DNA of 64,000 nucleotides from Octopus sinensis. Lineage: Eukaryota. Under the pieces are notes generated by a model. That model was given only the letters and a program-made list of their open reading frames with translations, did no database searches and was not told the DNA's origin. Both the position numbers and the translations under genes were made by a program. The first letter of the stretch is position 1, and each line of letters begins with the position of its first letter. Location of the stretch: assembly GCF_006345805.1 (NCBI RefSeq), contig NC_043002.1, forward strand, positions 23,498,001-23,562,000, read 5' to 3'. Below, piece by piece: positions 36,014 to 49,844 of the stretch.

Positions 36014-38129
36014 CTCTGTGTGTGTGTGTGTGCATGTTCGTGTTTGTGTTTGTCCCCACAACATAGCTTGACAACCAATGCTGGTGTGTTTACGTCCCCG
36101 TAACTTAGCGGTTCAGCAAACGTGACTGATAGAATAAGTACTAGGCTTACAAAGAATAAGTCCTGGGGTCGATTTGCTCAACTAAAAGGCAGTGCTCCAG
36201 CATGACCAGTCAAATGACTGAAACAAGTAAAAGAGTAAAGAGTGTATGTGTTAGGAAGATGATATAGAGCTTCCCCACCTCTACCCGAACTTTCGAGGAG
36301 TTTCCTTTCAGCCCATTTCTGAGATTGAACACCCATCTTACAGCTTCATATCCACCAAACTCTGGTTCCAGTGAGACAGAGACTTGTATGGAACTACCTC
36401 CTCAGTATCAAAGTTTAAAGCCTAATAAACTTTCATTGTGATTTCTGAGACATCAAACAGCATTATAGTAAGATTACCTGCATATGCCGATATAACATCC
36501 TATGTTCTGGTTTGTGCAGAGTGCCCCTTCAACACAGTTTAAACAGTGGATCTAGAACCAAAACATACAGGACTGAGGAGAGGGGACACCTTTGGACTGA
36601 ACTAATTTGAAGCAGTTCTAAAATGTGGTGATCCAAAACCGCCAAGCAAATGCCAAAGTACCAAGTTACGCAACTTTAATAATGGGATGAAGGTTGAATG
36701 CATTTAAGACAATCTTCATTTAGTGAGGGCCAGAAAACCTTAGATTGACTAAATTTGATCAGAACCCCATAAAAGGTAGATATATTAGCAACCCTTTCTA
36801 TGATGTATTACATGGGGCAGTGGCTAGCCTGGATAGTACTGCTGGTCTATGCAGCCCTGTGAAAAGCACCAACCTCTCCAAAAATTTGGTCAAAATAACT
36901 CTACATTTAGCAGAGGTTACTGACCTGAAAGTGTCAGCCGCACTCTCCCTCTTTTTCTCCAAATCTTTCAACAGTGCTTCTCCCCAGCTCACATAACTGA
37001 GAATTTTCCCAGCCTGTTGCCAGTTATGATGGATGTCTGCCAAGAGAGAAGCAAATACATCTAACATACAAACATAAGGCCTATAGGTAAAAGCAGCCAA
37101 AGCCATCAAATTGCCCTTCACACAACCACTCAGTACTTCCTGTTTCTCAGCTGTCATTACTGACTTTTCATGACACTTCAGCTCTTCTGAAGAAAATCAT
37201 GTAGCTTTTGAATGATATCACCCATAGCTAGACAGGCAAGCCAACACTGCCTGAATGCTATGCCAGCCCTTCATATGGGTTACCTACTTACAGCTGAATG
37301 GACTGGAGCAATACAAAATGCAGTGTTTTGCTCAAGAACACAACACCCCCACCCATCTACACAAATAAATTTAATGTGTGTGTAATATATATATATAAAT
37401 GGAGTTAAACACAGGTGTCATTCAAATTCTTTTACTTCCAACACATTTCAAAGATATCACAGGTAACTATATATTTTTCCATGTTAATTGTTAACAAGGG
37501 AAAAATACACAGATCTATCTTTATACATATATATATATATATATATATGCACAAGTATGGTTCTGTGCTTAAGTTCACTTCACAACCACATGGCTTCACG
37601 TTCAGTCCTACTGTACACTACTATAGCCCTAAGCTGACCAATGCCTTGTGAATTAATTCATGAATTTGGTAGACAGAAACTCAGCATGTATGTGTATGCA
37701 TAGTGTTTATCTGTCACCATTTGACACTGGTGCTGTTTTGTTTTGCAAAAAGAAAATGAGAGAATAAGTAGCAGGATTAAAAGTACTGAAGTCGATTTTC
37801 TTTTCTTTCCCCTGCTTTCTCAACTAAAGTTTTTAATGTGGTATCCTAGCACGACTGCAGTCCAATGACTGAAATAAGTTAGGAAGGAAAAGAATTTTAA
37901 AGAGGTAAAAAAAAAATATCATACGAAGCACATTCTTACAGTGTATTCAAATTTTTGTTATGCGTGTAAGGGACACAGCCTGGCCATATGATCAAGATGT
38001 TCGCTTTAAAATCATTTGCAATCCATACAAGCATGGAAAAGTGGACGTTAAAACGATGATGATGAAAAACTGAACAAAAACCTTTCACATGGATTGCACC
38101 AGCATTTTAAAGCCACAGCCTTGTCATAC

Positions 38130-38490
38130 ATTGTTATACTGAGAAAGAGAGAGAACAATGACAACAGAATAGGAGAGTAAAATAGCAAGAATATGATGGA
38201 AAAGGTAGGGTTATTTGGGATGGAGTGATTAGTAATAGTAGACAAATCCAAAAATAAGGTGATGGATTGCAAAGTAAGTGGTCCAGTGGTGAGTGATGGC
38301 TAGCCGTACAGAAGGAAATTAGTGTATTTGGATAGGGGAAGGATGGTAATTCGACGCAGTCTTTATATGTAGCTCTAGTAAAGGGCAACTGTCAGGGCTG
38401 CGAGGATGATGCAGTCAGCACAGATAGTGGGGAGATGGAGGGTTATGAGTGGTAGAGAGACAGGCGAAAGGATAGGGATGGCGATAGTCC
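38130..38490 (-). mobile_element. Decayed LINE C-terminal fragment; a similar relic lies at about 4840-5075
   Basis: Residual SLYH/FYYYRY-type and TRATY..VELP..SF motifs typical of LINE ORF2 ends. Confidence 0.4.
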
Positions 38491-41400
38491 CATGAATAAG
38501 CAAGAACCAGAAAACGTTTGCAAGTTAAAGAAAACTGCTCCGTCTCTTACAAGAAGTAGAGTAGACGTGTGGAATATCTTACAAAAACGTACACCCAATT
38601 GATCGGGTAGTGTAGAGAAGGAAACAAATGAGATATAATTTAACAAATGCAGGCGTGTATGTGTGCGCGCGTAAACATTTATTCACTCATTTAATTGTAT
38701 ACATACATACTCTCTTTTACTTGTTTCAGTCATTTGACTGCGGCCATGCTGGAGCACCGCCTTTTAATCGAGCAACTCGACCCCGGGACTTATTCTTTTG
38801 TAAGCCTAGTACTTATTCTATCGGTCTCTTTTTGCCGAACCGCTAAGTAACGGGGACATAAACACACACACGCATATATATATATATATATATACATATA
38901 TACGACGGCATGTGTATTTATTTTTATGACAGTACGACCAAATAGTTAAGTTCGATTCGCAATCACGATGTCTGACATATACGCCACTGCATGGCATGTC
39001 GGGCAAATGTCATATACCATAGCTTCGGATCGATCAACATCTCAGGTAAAACTACAGATAGGAACTGTATTGAAGCCCGTTGTATCTTTAACGGCCTTCA
39101 ATCGATGGATTGTATCTTTAATTGTATCAAAGGTTCTGCTTTGTGAGTGTGATAACTGATTTCTTCCTAAGGATCTAATTAAGAGCATACATGTTTGAGG
39201 GACACTCAATCATTTATCTTATATATGGTGTAGGGAGGTCAGTTGATGGATCAACTGAATAATCATCAAAACAGATCGTTACTTTTTTTTTTTCGGATTC
39301 AATTTGACTACACAGATACGTCTGTGTGTGTGCAACTATTTTTCTTTAATTACTAATTTGTCTTTGTTAAAAATATAACCGATCGACAAAAAAAGGATAA
39401 ACACAAAAAACAGAGAGGGAGAAACGAGAATTTAAAGGTAGTCTGACAGGTTGATAGCAAAAGGAAAACCATCAGCCATCACATTACAAACAGGGCCGGG
39501 ATGGCAGTTATACAATAAAACCCTTAACAATAAAGCTTAGGGAGCCGGAATTTAAATCTTAAACAGGCAAGCTGATTGGTTGAAAGAAGAACGCCTCATG
39601 AACCCGACACGAACATCTTCCTCGCCAACCATTACGATATGGCAGAATTATTTTTTTTAACTACGATAATTGAAACCAAATGAATAACCATCAACGAATT
39701 AATTTTATTGCTTTCAAACAGGCATGTGCGCCCACACACACACACTAGCTCGACCTGCTAGAAATAGCAGCCAAATATCCCTTGATTAAAACACTGTCTG
39801 AGAAAAAAGTTATAGACAGGTTAGATAACCTAACCAAACTAAATTAGTCACGTCCAGGACGTAAGCGACAAGGAACCAGAGAGATGGTCGTTTTCCTTTT
39901 CTTAATGTCTATTACAAGACAGCGGCAACTTTTGATCTTTTGTCAATAAACACATACTGAATCTGGTCGCATATCCTTCATGGATATTATGCCATTCATT
40001 AATATAGTTTATTTAAAAACCGAAATTTAAAATATACAAAGAACTTTCAAAAGATTAAAAATACAAAAATACTACCTTCATGAATAAAGATGGTGAAAAG
40101 TTTTGTTTTTTTTAAATTGAGGATAGAGTTATGTGTCAATGCGTTGAGGGGGAAAATATTTAACGCTTCGAAAGGAGGACAAGACACGAGTCGAAAATTG
40201 TAAAATTCGACTAGTTTTACATTCCCGCAATAACCTACATTACTAATAGCCGTATGCGTGTGTGTCCCTTTACTGGCGGAAAATTTTGATGAGATAGTAT
40301 TTTAATTGAAGCTGCTCCAGCTTGTCTTAGCTACTTAAAACACATAACGGTTATATTACTGCTACACCAACCGTTGCATTGTTATTTATGCATGAATCAA
40401 CAACAACGAAGGAAAAAAAAACAGTTCAACCGTGACTAACCTCTATTCCGTCATTTTACTGGTATCTAGGACATAATCTAATAAATGCTTTTCCACTTAA
40501 AACGATAGAAAATAATGTGGTTTTTATTTCTTAGATCGGGCGATCTAAATAGCGTTGGTTAGCCTGTTAGAAATAGCAGCCAAACTTCGCTGAACACACA
40601 CCGCACAAGCTTTAAAAAGAAAGAGCAAGGATACATAAAGACAATGTAGTTCGGTATACAATATATCTATTATATATTGCTTTTGTAACAAACTTTTAAC
40701 ACATGCAAACACTATTTAACAGCATGTGCGGTGGCTAAAATACAATTTCTATATATTTTCATAGATTGATATGCAGATGATTATGAATTAAGTTGTTATA
40801 TTAACGCGAGCTAGGAATATCTCTATCCCGTCATAGACGGATGAATGGAGCCAAAATAAGAATAAGACCTAACAGTACCACAGACTCCATCCATTGAGAT
40901 CACTGAGCCTGGAATTCATAATGGCAACCTTCACATTTAGCGTCCTAAATGGATCTTTCATTTCGCCGTTTTAAAAGCATACGAATGTAACAAAACTAGG
41001 ACTGACAATGAAAGCCAATTTAATAACTCATTTGCTAATTAATAAACAACCTATGTTCTATAATTGTTTAAACAAAATTATTTTTTCTCAAAAGCCTTTC
41101 GCCTACTACTAATATACACCGTCTCTATTCAAACTTTTGCAACTACGATATTCCAATTCTTCGACTTCAACATTTTATAACTGAGATTTTGCTAAGTTAT
41201 CTTGGTTAATGGACAGAGGGAAACATGAAACTATAAAATAGTTATTTTAAGCATTGAATACAAGGTCGCCTCCATAAAACCACGAAAAAGCTAAAGACAG
41301 ACTGCTTCCTTTCCTCTTACCCGAATTTCGTATAGGTTTAATGACCACTGATTTTGTTTCTTCTTAACTTTCTTCATGCATATTTCTTTCAATGAAATTT

Positions 41401-44400
41401 GGCAGATGTGTTTTCGAACATACGCACTAAGATTATGAGAAAATAGTTTTTCGCTTTACAATAATTTAAGCAACTTGCAGATCGTGTCCACCAAAGCAGT
41501 GACTCATTTTATCATAGCAGTATCACTCACCAAACATGTTTCTGTCTGTCAAAGATATCTTTATCTACGTCCAAGTTTAGCTCCTGTAAATTAGCAGCAG
41601 AAGCCTGAGACACTAATAGCTGACAGAGATATATAAGAACAGTTAATCTACACTTTTGGAAATGTATCTGCAAACTTACATTTAATAAAATCGTTGAAGT
41701 TTAGTCGGGTGAGGCTGTTCACACAAAGTAATAGCCTTAATTTTTTTAATTACAATACAAACGAGAATCTGAATCCTAAAACACTGGATTCTTTTCAAAG
41801 ATTGAAATTATTTCAGTAGAAATATAATCAGGAAACGTAGAGAGCAATGAATGAAACGATATACAGTCGCTCAAAAACACTCGTTCTTCATCTGGAATTT
41901 GATGAAACTGACTCAGAGTTATTTTCATTCCCCACAGCCACTCGCATCCATGTCGCTGCACTGCGGACAACAAAAACCGTGTCCACAAACCATCAGGAGA
42001 AACTCCGCGGTGGTATGGCAGCTCTGGAACGAGTTGAGCGCTGTTGAATTGCAATTTCGAGTTCAGATCATTCTGTAGGAAATGCGATCTCAAAAGATTT
42101 CTATCATGATTACTTTCAAATGATTAACACCGAAGCTCGGAATAGTCGTAAGTGGGCCTAGGTAGACAAAGAGCTTAGTAGCGGTTTCATATCGTGGATT
42201 TTAAATGTTAAACACTTCCTCATAGACAAGCAGTCATTTCCTTTGTATTATCACATAACTACCCAAAAAGTTTAAATTACCTGAGTGAATTGTGAAGCAA
42301 ATTAAAAAATACTCTGACAACCCATACCATCTTCAATGAAACGTGGCAACCCAAGAGTATATTTACAGAACCTGCTCAGTTTTTCGTAACTTAAATGATG
42401 CAATTCACCTAATGCAACAATGTTCTTTCTCACTTTTGCTCCACGATTTTAGCTTGTGTTTGAAACAAAAAAAAGACCAATTGTAGAACGTCACACGCTT
42501 AACAAATACCATAATAAAGATTAAATACAATCTATGACTCAGACATAACCAGTTATAGATCGATGGCAACTAACTAGAAGGTACCATGTGTTGCGTTTTA
42601 ATATTGTTGACCTAGTTCAAGTAACTTCAACAAACATCAACAACCACAATTCAGCAAGCATACCGCTCCAATTCCAAAAATGCTTTGCTTCAGTCACTAG
42701 ACTATGTCCATTCTGGCGGAGGGAACAGCCTTGAATTCTTTAGTCGATCAAATCGACCATAGCACATTTTATGCCCAGGGCATCCCATAAGGCTCGAACC
42801 GCTAGATCACGGGAATGTTAAACCAATACCCGTTATCAAGCGATGAAACCACAACGGGCTTCTTTCAGTTTCTGTCTACCAAATCCAATCAGCTTCTGGT
42901 TGACCCAGAGATATAGTCGACACTTGCTCAAGGTGTAGCGAAACTGAATCCGAAACCACACTGCTGCAAGACCAGTTGCTTAACCACACAGCCATTGCTG
43001 GCGGCCGTGTACAAAGTTAAAGGCGATTTAATAATTAAGTCGAAATCACATACATATGAAATTGCTAGAAAATCTGTAACAAGATCTGTGGGAACCACAA
43101 TTGCTATACACGAGTTTGGGATCATAGCCGTTAAAGGACGAGTAATACATACGAGTATGAACACCATTGTTTCAGTCAGGGTCAGTGATACAAGGCAGAG
43201 CGAAAATCTAATCCACGTGGATTTTATAAAACACGGCAATGAGATCGACTTTATTGAAATCCCATGAACTCGATAGCATATTCGTTTTCCACACACTTGT
43301 TTGTACCCACCAGGCTGGTTTATTATTTTTTTTTTTGTTCCCGGGTGAAGGTCTTTATTGGGCCGGATATTCTGAAAGTATCTGTCATGGGCAAATTCTG
43401 ATTTCTCACACGAGAAAAGTTTCAGTCTTTAGAGAAGATTCGATCCACTATCACAACAGCTCACTAGTTTGTGGCAAGCTGTTACGGCTAAAAATTACCA
43501 TTATTGTTTGCTTACCCAAGATGCCTGGAACGTGCAACATATCTGAACAACAAAAAGGAAAAAAAACTGCGCAGAATAGTTTCCCACGACCTTAATGAAA
43601 GAATACTTAGCCGACCATTGCAGAAGTCCTATAACAAAGAGTGATGCTTCAATTACAAAACTGAAAGCGGGGTGCTAATCACCTAGTCTCTTTCAATGAG
43701 TTCTCAAAACAGTCCTTAGAGAAGGTCAATACAACTTTTCTAATTTTTTTTTTAATTTACGAATCAATTTCAATCACTTTTGGTCACTTATTAAGGCGTG
43801 ATTTTCATAATTTCACTGGTAACCTCATTAATCACGTTGTCAGAAAATAAACTATTTGGATTAGTTTGTTAGTATTTTTTCACTACCCACTCGAGACAAA
43901 CAAAGCCAGTGAGAAAGGAGTCAACCAGCTAATATAATAAAGAAAAAATATGAAATAACGAATACAGAAATAACTTAACAAGAATACGTCTTATATTTAC
44001 AAGAAGATGATTTTAATTTTATTTTTTTTTTTAAATTTACATTTTTGGTTTGGAAAAAAAATATATATAAAAACTTAGGGGTTAGGGGCGACCCCTGGCT
44101 GTTTTCACAACTGTTTATAAATGGGGAATATACAAGATCTCCTTTTTATGTCTTCCTCCCTTTCAATTTTGAAGTTATCTTAAAAATAAAGATTAAAAAA
44201 TATATATATAATGTATACATAAAATAAAACAATTTCATTAAGAATGTTGAAAGAAAGTTAAATTTTAACGTGAAGGTGAAAGGGTTTTCAAAAAGGGCAA
44301 GAAAACTATGTGAAAGGGGGTTAGGTGAGTGGTTATAATTCATTCCAGTGATGTTTGAAGAAAATGAGCAGTGATCTGCACGAAGTGGGTCGATTGACCT

Positions 44401-47250
44401 AATGCCATGAGGAGTGTAAAACAACCATTGACCTCAGAAAATGACGTACAACTGAGTTTTTAAATTTTAACGATACTATTCATAAAGGCACAAGATGCAA
44501 GATTCACAGGGGAAGTACCTAAGTATGCTAAGAATAAGTGTTTGTGAAGCCGATCCAGCCTCGAGGTAACACACTATACTGACACGGTGACCAAGTGCAG
44601 TATTGGCCTAATTAGTTCCTTTGACAGCAATCTGAAAGGCATTGCAAAGTCTTTAAGTCCTGAGGAAGGACCGTTTCCAAATGTCACTTCCAAGTCACGT
44701 TGGCACAATACAGAACATGATAATAACGAGTGATATTTTTAATGTAGCGATTGCATCAGGTTGTATTAACATGTTCAAAATATAGATCGATATAGGCTTA
44801 TATGCCGACATCGGACATTTGGTCAATTGTCAGTGAACGAAATATACACTCAAGAATTGACAAACCGAAACAGTCATTACTTACTGACTGAATTTTTAAG
44901 CACTTGTTTGCTAATAGGTAATAAACCTCAAACTGGGTCACAATTTTATACTTCGCCATGTAAAAAATTTGGCTATTTTTCATTCAGATAGTACGTCATT
45001 ACTTCTCTCACTGACCCTCCCATGCACAAATTTAAACCAAAATATCCGGCGTGATTAGAAAAAAAAACACGCTAGCTGCAGCAAGTCACTGAACTACTTA
45101 CTACTATAACAAAAGCAGCCAGACCGGCTCTAAAACCATAAATGTTGCTTTGTATGTGCTGAGAAATAAAATAACTGGATGGACTTAAAAAATTTTTCTT
45201 TCTGGTTAAACAAAAGGACATGAACATTACAAAATGCTCCTTTTGAGCTTTTGTGTTAAGGTCATTTGGCAAGGTAACTGAAGGTTGATGGGGGTATTTA
45301 ACAAGGTTTTGGCAGTGAATGGAGCGGGATTTTATTTCAAAATGGGTTCGATGAACAATGTAGCTAGCATAGGAAAGTGGGCTAAGAAATTAGTAATCTA
45401 GAGTGGCTGACAGACAGGTTTTGTTCAGGTGGAGGGGGATTAAGGATGGGAATGAAGTGTGAAAAATTCAAGAATATATATAAGTACATATAAAATGCTA
45501 CATGTTTCTTAAAATTGCTCCTTCCTAGTACATTTGTAATTCTTTTTTACTAATATAGTTGGCCTAACTGAAGGAACATACATTATACTATCAGCAACAT
45601 CATGCCAAAATGTGTCAATCACTCATCCCACGGCAGCTTTTTTAAGTTCTATTTCTTATGAAGTTAATGAACTTAATGATTCCATCCCCTTACCATATTC
45701 TAACATTTCTGCCGTGAGTGATGTAAAAGCCGGCAGAATACCAAAAGGAATATGTGAGGATATGGACAGAAAGAAAATCGTTATAAGAAAGCTGTGTTAT
45801 CTTAGAACGAAACTAGGCAAGCTGCTTCCAGGGTTATTGTGGCAGTCACACGTAACCATATCCTATTACAGAAAACTTCTAAGCATTTGTAGAAACCTGA
45901 AGGGATTCAAAGGAAAAAAAATAGTAAACTTTAAAATTAAAAAACCTTAAAGAAAACAGAACTACTATTCACGACATGTAGGTTTATGAGACAAATGTTT
46001 CTTTCAAAATATGTACATGAGTGACTTGGGGGGAAAGAGGGGGAGCAAATGAGAATAGGGATTTTTTTTTTAAAATCAACTTTTCCTTTCATTCTCAAAA
46101 AATTAAATATTTTTCTAGGACGATGAAAAAGTTATTTTTCAATCAGTGAATGACTGATAAAAATGAAGGAAGGGGGGGAATTTGGTGATTTATTTTTGTA
46201 AAATTGATTTCAAAATGCCAAAAAGCATTTTTGCTCCAAAAATGCACATTGTCTCTATAAACTGCGGCAAAAAAATTGAATGGAAAAAAAAAAATGCCAA
46301 CAGTCACAAAAAGGCAGACAAAAATTTTCAAATGACTTTCAAATAGGTAAAAAACAAAACTCTTTACAAAGTAACCAATTCATCTCCATACAAATAAATG
46401 TTAAATGTGAGAAGACAAGCGAAAAGTTCAGGTCGGCGGCCATGTTTTTAAAGGCGCGCCAAATAGTTGGCGGGCACCTGCAACAAAACTTTCTCCTCAA
46501 AAAAAAGCTTGTTCACACCATACAACTACTAGAAATACATATTTGCTAAATGTATTAATAGAATGCTTGCGAAAACTACATAAAAACTAAAACTTTCATT
46601 TAATCAGAAAAAAAAAAAAAAAATTACATAAGCAACAAACCACGTATTTTTACAAATTCTAACAATTGTTTGTTTGCTATGTGTATGTACACACACGTGT
46701 GTGGATGTGCACGCAAACAAAACAGCTTCTTCATTTTTCCTAAATACATCTAGAATAAATTACAATTAAAATGACTCCCACCGACTTCATGAGAATTTTT
46801 TTTTTAATGCAGGGAAGAAAATCAGTAATGCGTTTCTTCATTTTTATCCATTTGTTTCACGTGCTTTTATATTGCCATGGAGTACAACTAATGTATTCAT
46901 TTCAATTGGATGGTATTTAAATGAAATTTCAATTTATTCCTGAGTTAACCATGCGTGTAGTTCTTTCCCCGTTTTTTTTTTTTTTTTTTTTTTAGATTTA
47001 TAACTAATTAGTCTAAACAAATTCTAATAACTTATCAAGCGATGGAAATGCAATCTAACCTACATTTTCTAAGGAGTTAAGATAGATACAAATGTTCTGA
47101 AGATTAATATGTCGTAGCTATGTAAAGAGTTTTAACGGAGTGGAGGGAAGCCATGCTCATGTTTTAAATTTTTACAAAAATAAATATTTAAAAAAAAAAA
47201 ATATTACACAGTAGCATATAAACATTTTATCCTAATTATGGAAAGAAATA

Positions 47251-48105
47251 TCACCAATTAGCGCCGCCGCCATATCCTCCGCCGTAAGGTCCCATACCAC
47301 GCTGTGTGTACATACCGCCACCACGTCCTCGGGTAGGGCCGCCACCCGAGCCTTTTCCATAAGCGGTACCAAAATGTCCATATCCATCATAGCTGTCTCC
47401 GTAACCTTGGTAACCACTTGCTCCGTAACTATCTCCATAGCCTTGATGTCCGCCGTAATTCCATCCCTGGCCTGCATAGGGTCCGCCAGAATAAGCACCT
47501 CTCATGCCACCACCGCGAGCACCCATCATACCACCACGACCGCCACGCATGTTCTGGTTAAGTTCGTTCTTCGATACAGCTTTCTTCACTTCGACATTTT
47601 TACCGTTAAGCATGAAGTGTTTCTGTATTACACATTTGTCTACACAATCATGGTCGTCGAAGGTAACGAAACAGAAGCGCTTTGGTTTGCCAGTTGTTCT
47701 GTCTTTGATCATTTCAATTTTTTCCACCTCTCCATAGGCGCAAAACACCTCACGAACTTGCTCCTCCGACGTACTTTCGTCCAAGCCACCAACAAACATC
47801 TTGTTCACGGTCACTTTGTTTTCTTGAGCCTCATCGCGGGGCATTGCTCTTTTGGTATCGACTACTTTGCCGTCTATCGTATGTGGACGCTCTTTTTGGG
47901 TCATATCTAAACTGACTGGGTCTTTGAACGTTACGAATCCAAATCCTTTAGATTTGTGCGTAGTGCTGTCCTTCATTATAACACAGTCGACAACATCACC
48001 CCATTTTCCGAAATGATTCCTTAAATTATCCTCTGTGGTTTCAAAATTTAAACCACCGATGAATAACTTACAGTTCTTCTCGTTTTCTCCGAATTTTTCT
48101 GGCAT
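47251..48105 (-). CDS. hnRNP A/B-family RNA-binding protein (hnRNP A1/A2-like), intronless CDS, 284 aa
   Basis: RRM1 LFIGGL / KGFGFVTF, PHTIDGKVVDTKRAMPR linker, RRM2 MFVGGL / KRFCFVTF, RGG/Gly-Tyr tail ending in an M9-like PY-NLS (RGMGPY). Confidence 0.95.
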   Translation of the reverse strand: MPEKFGENEKNCKLFIGGLNFETTEDNLRNHFGKWGDVVDCVIMKDSTTHKSKGFGFVTFKDPVSLDMTQKERPHTIDGKVVDTKRAMPRDEAQENKVTVNKMFVGGLDESTSEEQVREVFCAYGEVEKIEMIKDRTTGKPKRFCFVTFDDHDCVDKCVIQKHFMLNGKNVEVKKAVSKNELNQNMRGGRGGMMGARGGGMRGAYSGGPYAGQGWNYGGHQGYGDSYGASGYQGYGDSYDGYGHFGTAYGKGSGGGPTRGRGGGMYTQRGMGPYGGGYGGGANW

Positions 48106-48416
48106 TTTCCTTTATGGTGTGAAATGAGAACAAACTTATTAAAAAACCTTAGATTATAAATTGAGCGAGGTGAAACAGAAGTACCTCAACAGGCTGCACT
48201 GAAGGTAATGAGCGTGACTTAACAAAGAGGCGAGTCTAGCGATGAAAATGACAAACCACGTGGATTACCATCTAATCACTAACGGATAAAGACCAGCAAG
48301 TAGCGCGACCACTCTCGTTCAAAAGGCCGCTGCTCAAAGAGACTTGAAAGAGTGGCAGAAGGAGGTAGAACACAAATAGATAGGAGAGGGGGGGAAAGGG
48401 CAAACAAAGCAAGAAA

Positions 48417-48480
48417 AGAGGGAGAAGTCGATGAACAGTAGAGGTAAAGAGGGAGAAGTCGATGAACAGTAGAGGTAGAG
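48417..48480. repeat. Tandem duplication of about 31 nt in the purine-rich region upstream of the hnRNP gene
   Basis: agagggagaagtcgatgaacagtagaggta x2. Confidence 0.85.
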
Positions 48481-49184
48481 AGGGAGGAAAGGTGTATGAG
48501 GATGAAAGGACAAAACTAACTAGAGTGGGAGGAGAGGAAACGCGTTGAGTGTTAGAGTGTGGAAGAAAGAAATGTAAAAGTGCAAGAGAGGGATGGTAAG
48601 AGTGAGAGAAGGAGGACTAATATGAATAGGGTAGATATAGGAAGGGGGCGGTCTAAGGGGAGTAGATGTAGAAAGAGGAGGAGTGCAAAAATAATTGGAG
48701 AAACGAGGTGGAGAGAGGGGGGGTAGGAGCAAAGCATGACAACTTCCGGTACTGGAATTAGAGCTGGAAAATAATAAAATCCAATAAATATTAGTTTGAA
48801 TGATTGTTCATTGTTGTGTGAGTAATTATAAGCATGAACTGCATATATTTATGTGTATATAAATATATTTGTGTGTGTATGAGTATGTATATATATGGTA
48901 TATTATATTTATATCATCTTCGTTTTAACGTCCGTCTTCCATGCATGCATGGGTAGGACGGTTGACAGGAGACGGCCAGGTAGAAAATCTACCCAAGGCT
49001 ACTGTGTCTTTAAATATCTGTGTGTGTGAACGGCGTCCCTTTTCATTCAGATATATATTACAGAAAGATATTGATTATATATATATATATATATAATCAA
49101 TATATTTCTGTAATATATATCTGGATGAACAGTGAAGTAACAAGGGGTCATCAGGTGTTTCGACTCCTCCGACATATATATATG

Positions 49185-49228
<44 letters not shown>

Positions 49229-49844
49229 TATATGTATATAAATATATATGTATATGTATGTATGTATGTATATATATGTATGCATGTATATATATGTATG
49301 TAAATGTATATATTATCATCATCGTTTAACGTCCGCTCTCCATTAAACGATGATGGTGTTATATACATACATATATATGTGTGTGTGTATATATATATAT
49401 ATATATACATACATATATGTGTGTGTGTATATATATATATATACATGTGTGTGTGTGTATACATATATATACTTTTTTATTTTATTGTGGTAGTCTTAAC
49501 TTTATGAGTCCCACCTTGCGTGAGGCATTTACGTATAGTAATGACCTTAATATAAATAAATATATTTAAAGGGAATAATTAATAAACGTTTCCCTTATGA
49601 GATTTTTCACGCTAACTACTTGATAATTTCTTATAAAGATTTTATCCTGTCTTTTAATTGTGTGTATATATATAATATATATATACTTGACAGCTCAACG
49701 AAAGAGATCGACAGAATAAGTACCAGGTTTTTCAAAAATAATAAATAATGGGGTCAATTCATTCAAGGCAGTGCTCCAGCGTGGCTATAGTCTAATGACT
49801 GAAACAAGTAGCAGATAAAAGATATAAAAATATATGTTTCATAC

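Noticed and set aside
36798-37157. 119-aa minus-strand ORF
   Set aside because: Only faint resemblance to RT motifs; probably a very old LINE relic, too degenerate to call
42928-43595. Overlapping 90-122 aa ORFs
   Set aside because: No recognisable domain or splice support; partly SINE-derived
47374-47910. 178-aa plus-strand ORF
   Set aside because: Antisense shadow of the hnRNP CDS
49115-49175. Minus-strand GAAAC..CTGATGA motif as hammerhead
   Set aside because: Core elements are too close and lack the required helices in this copy
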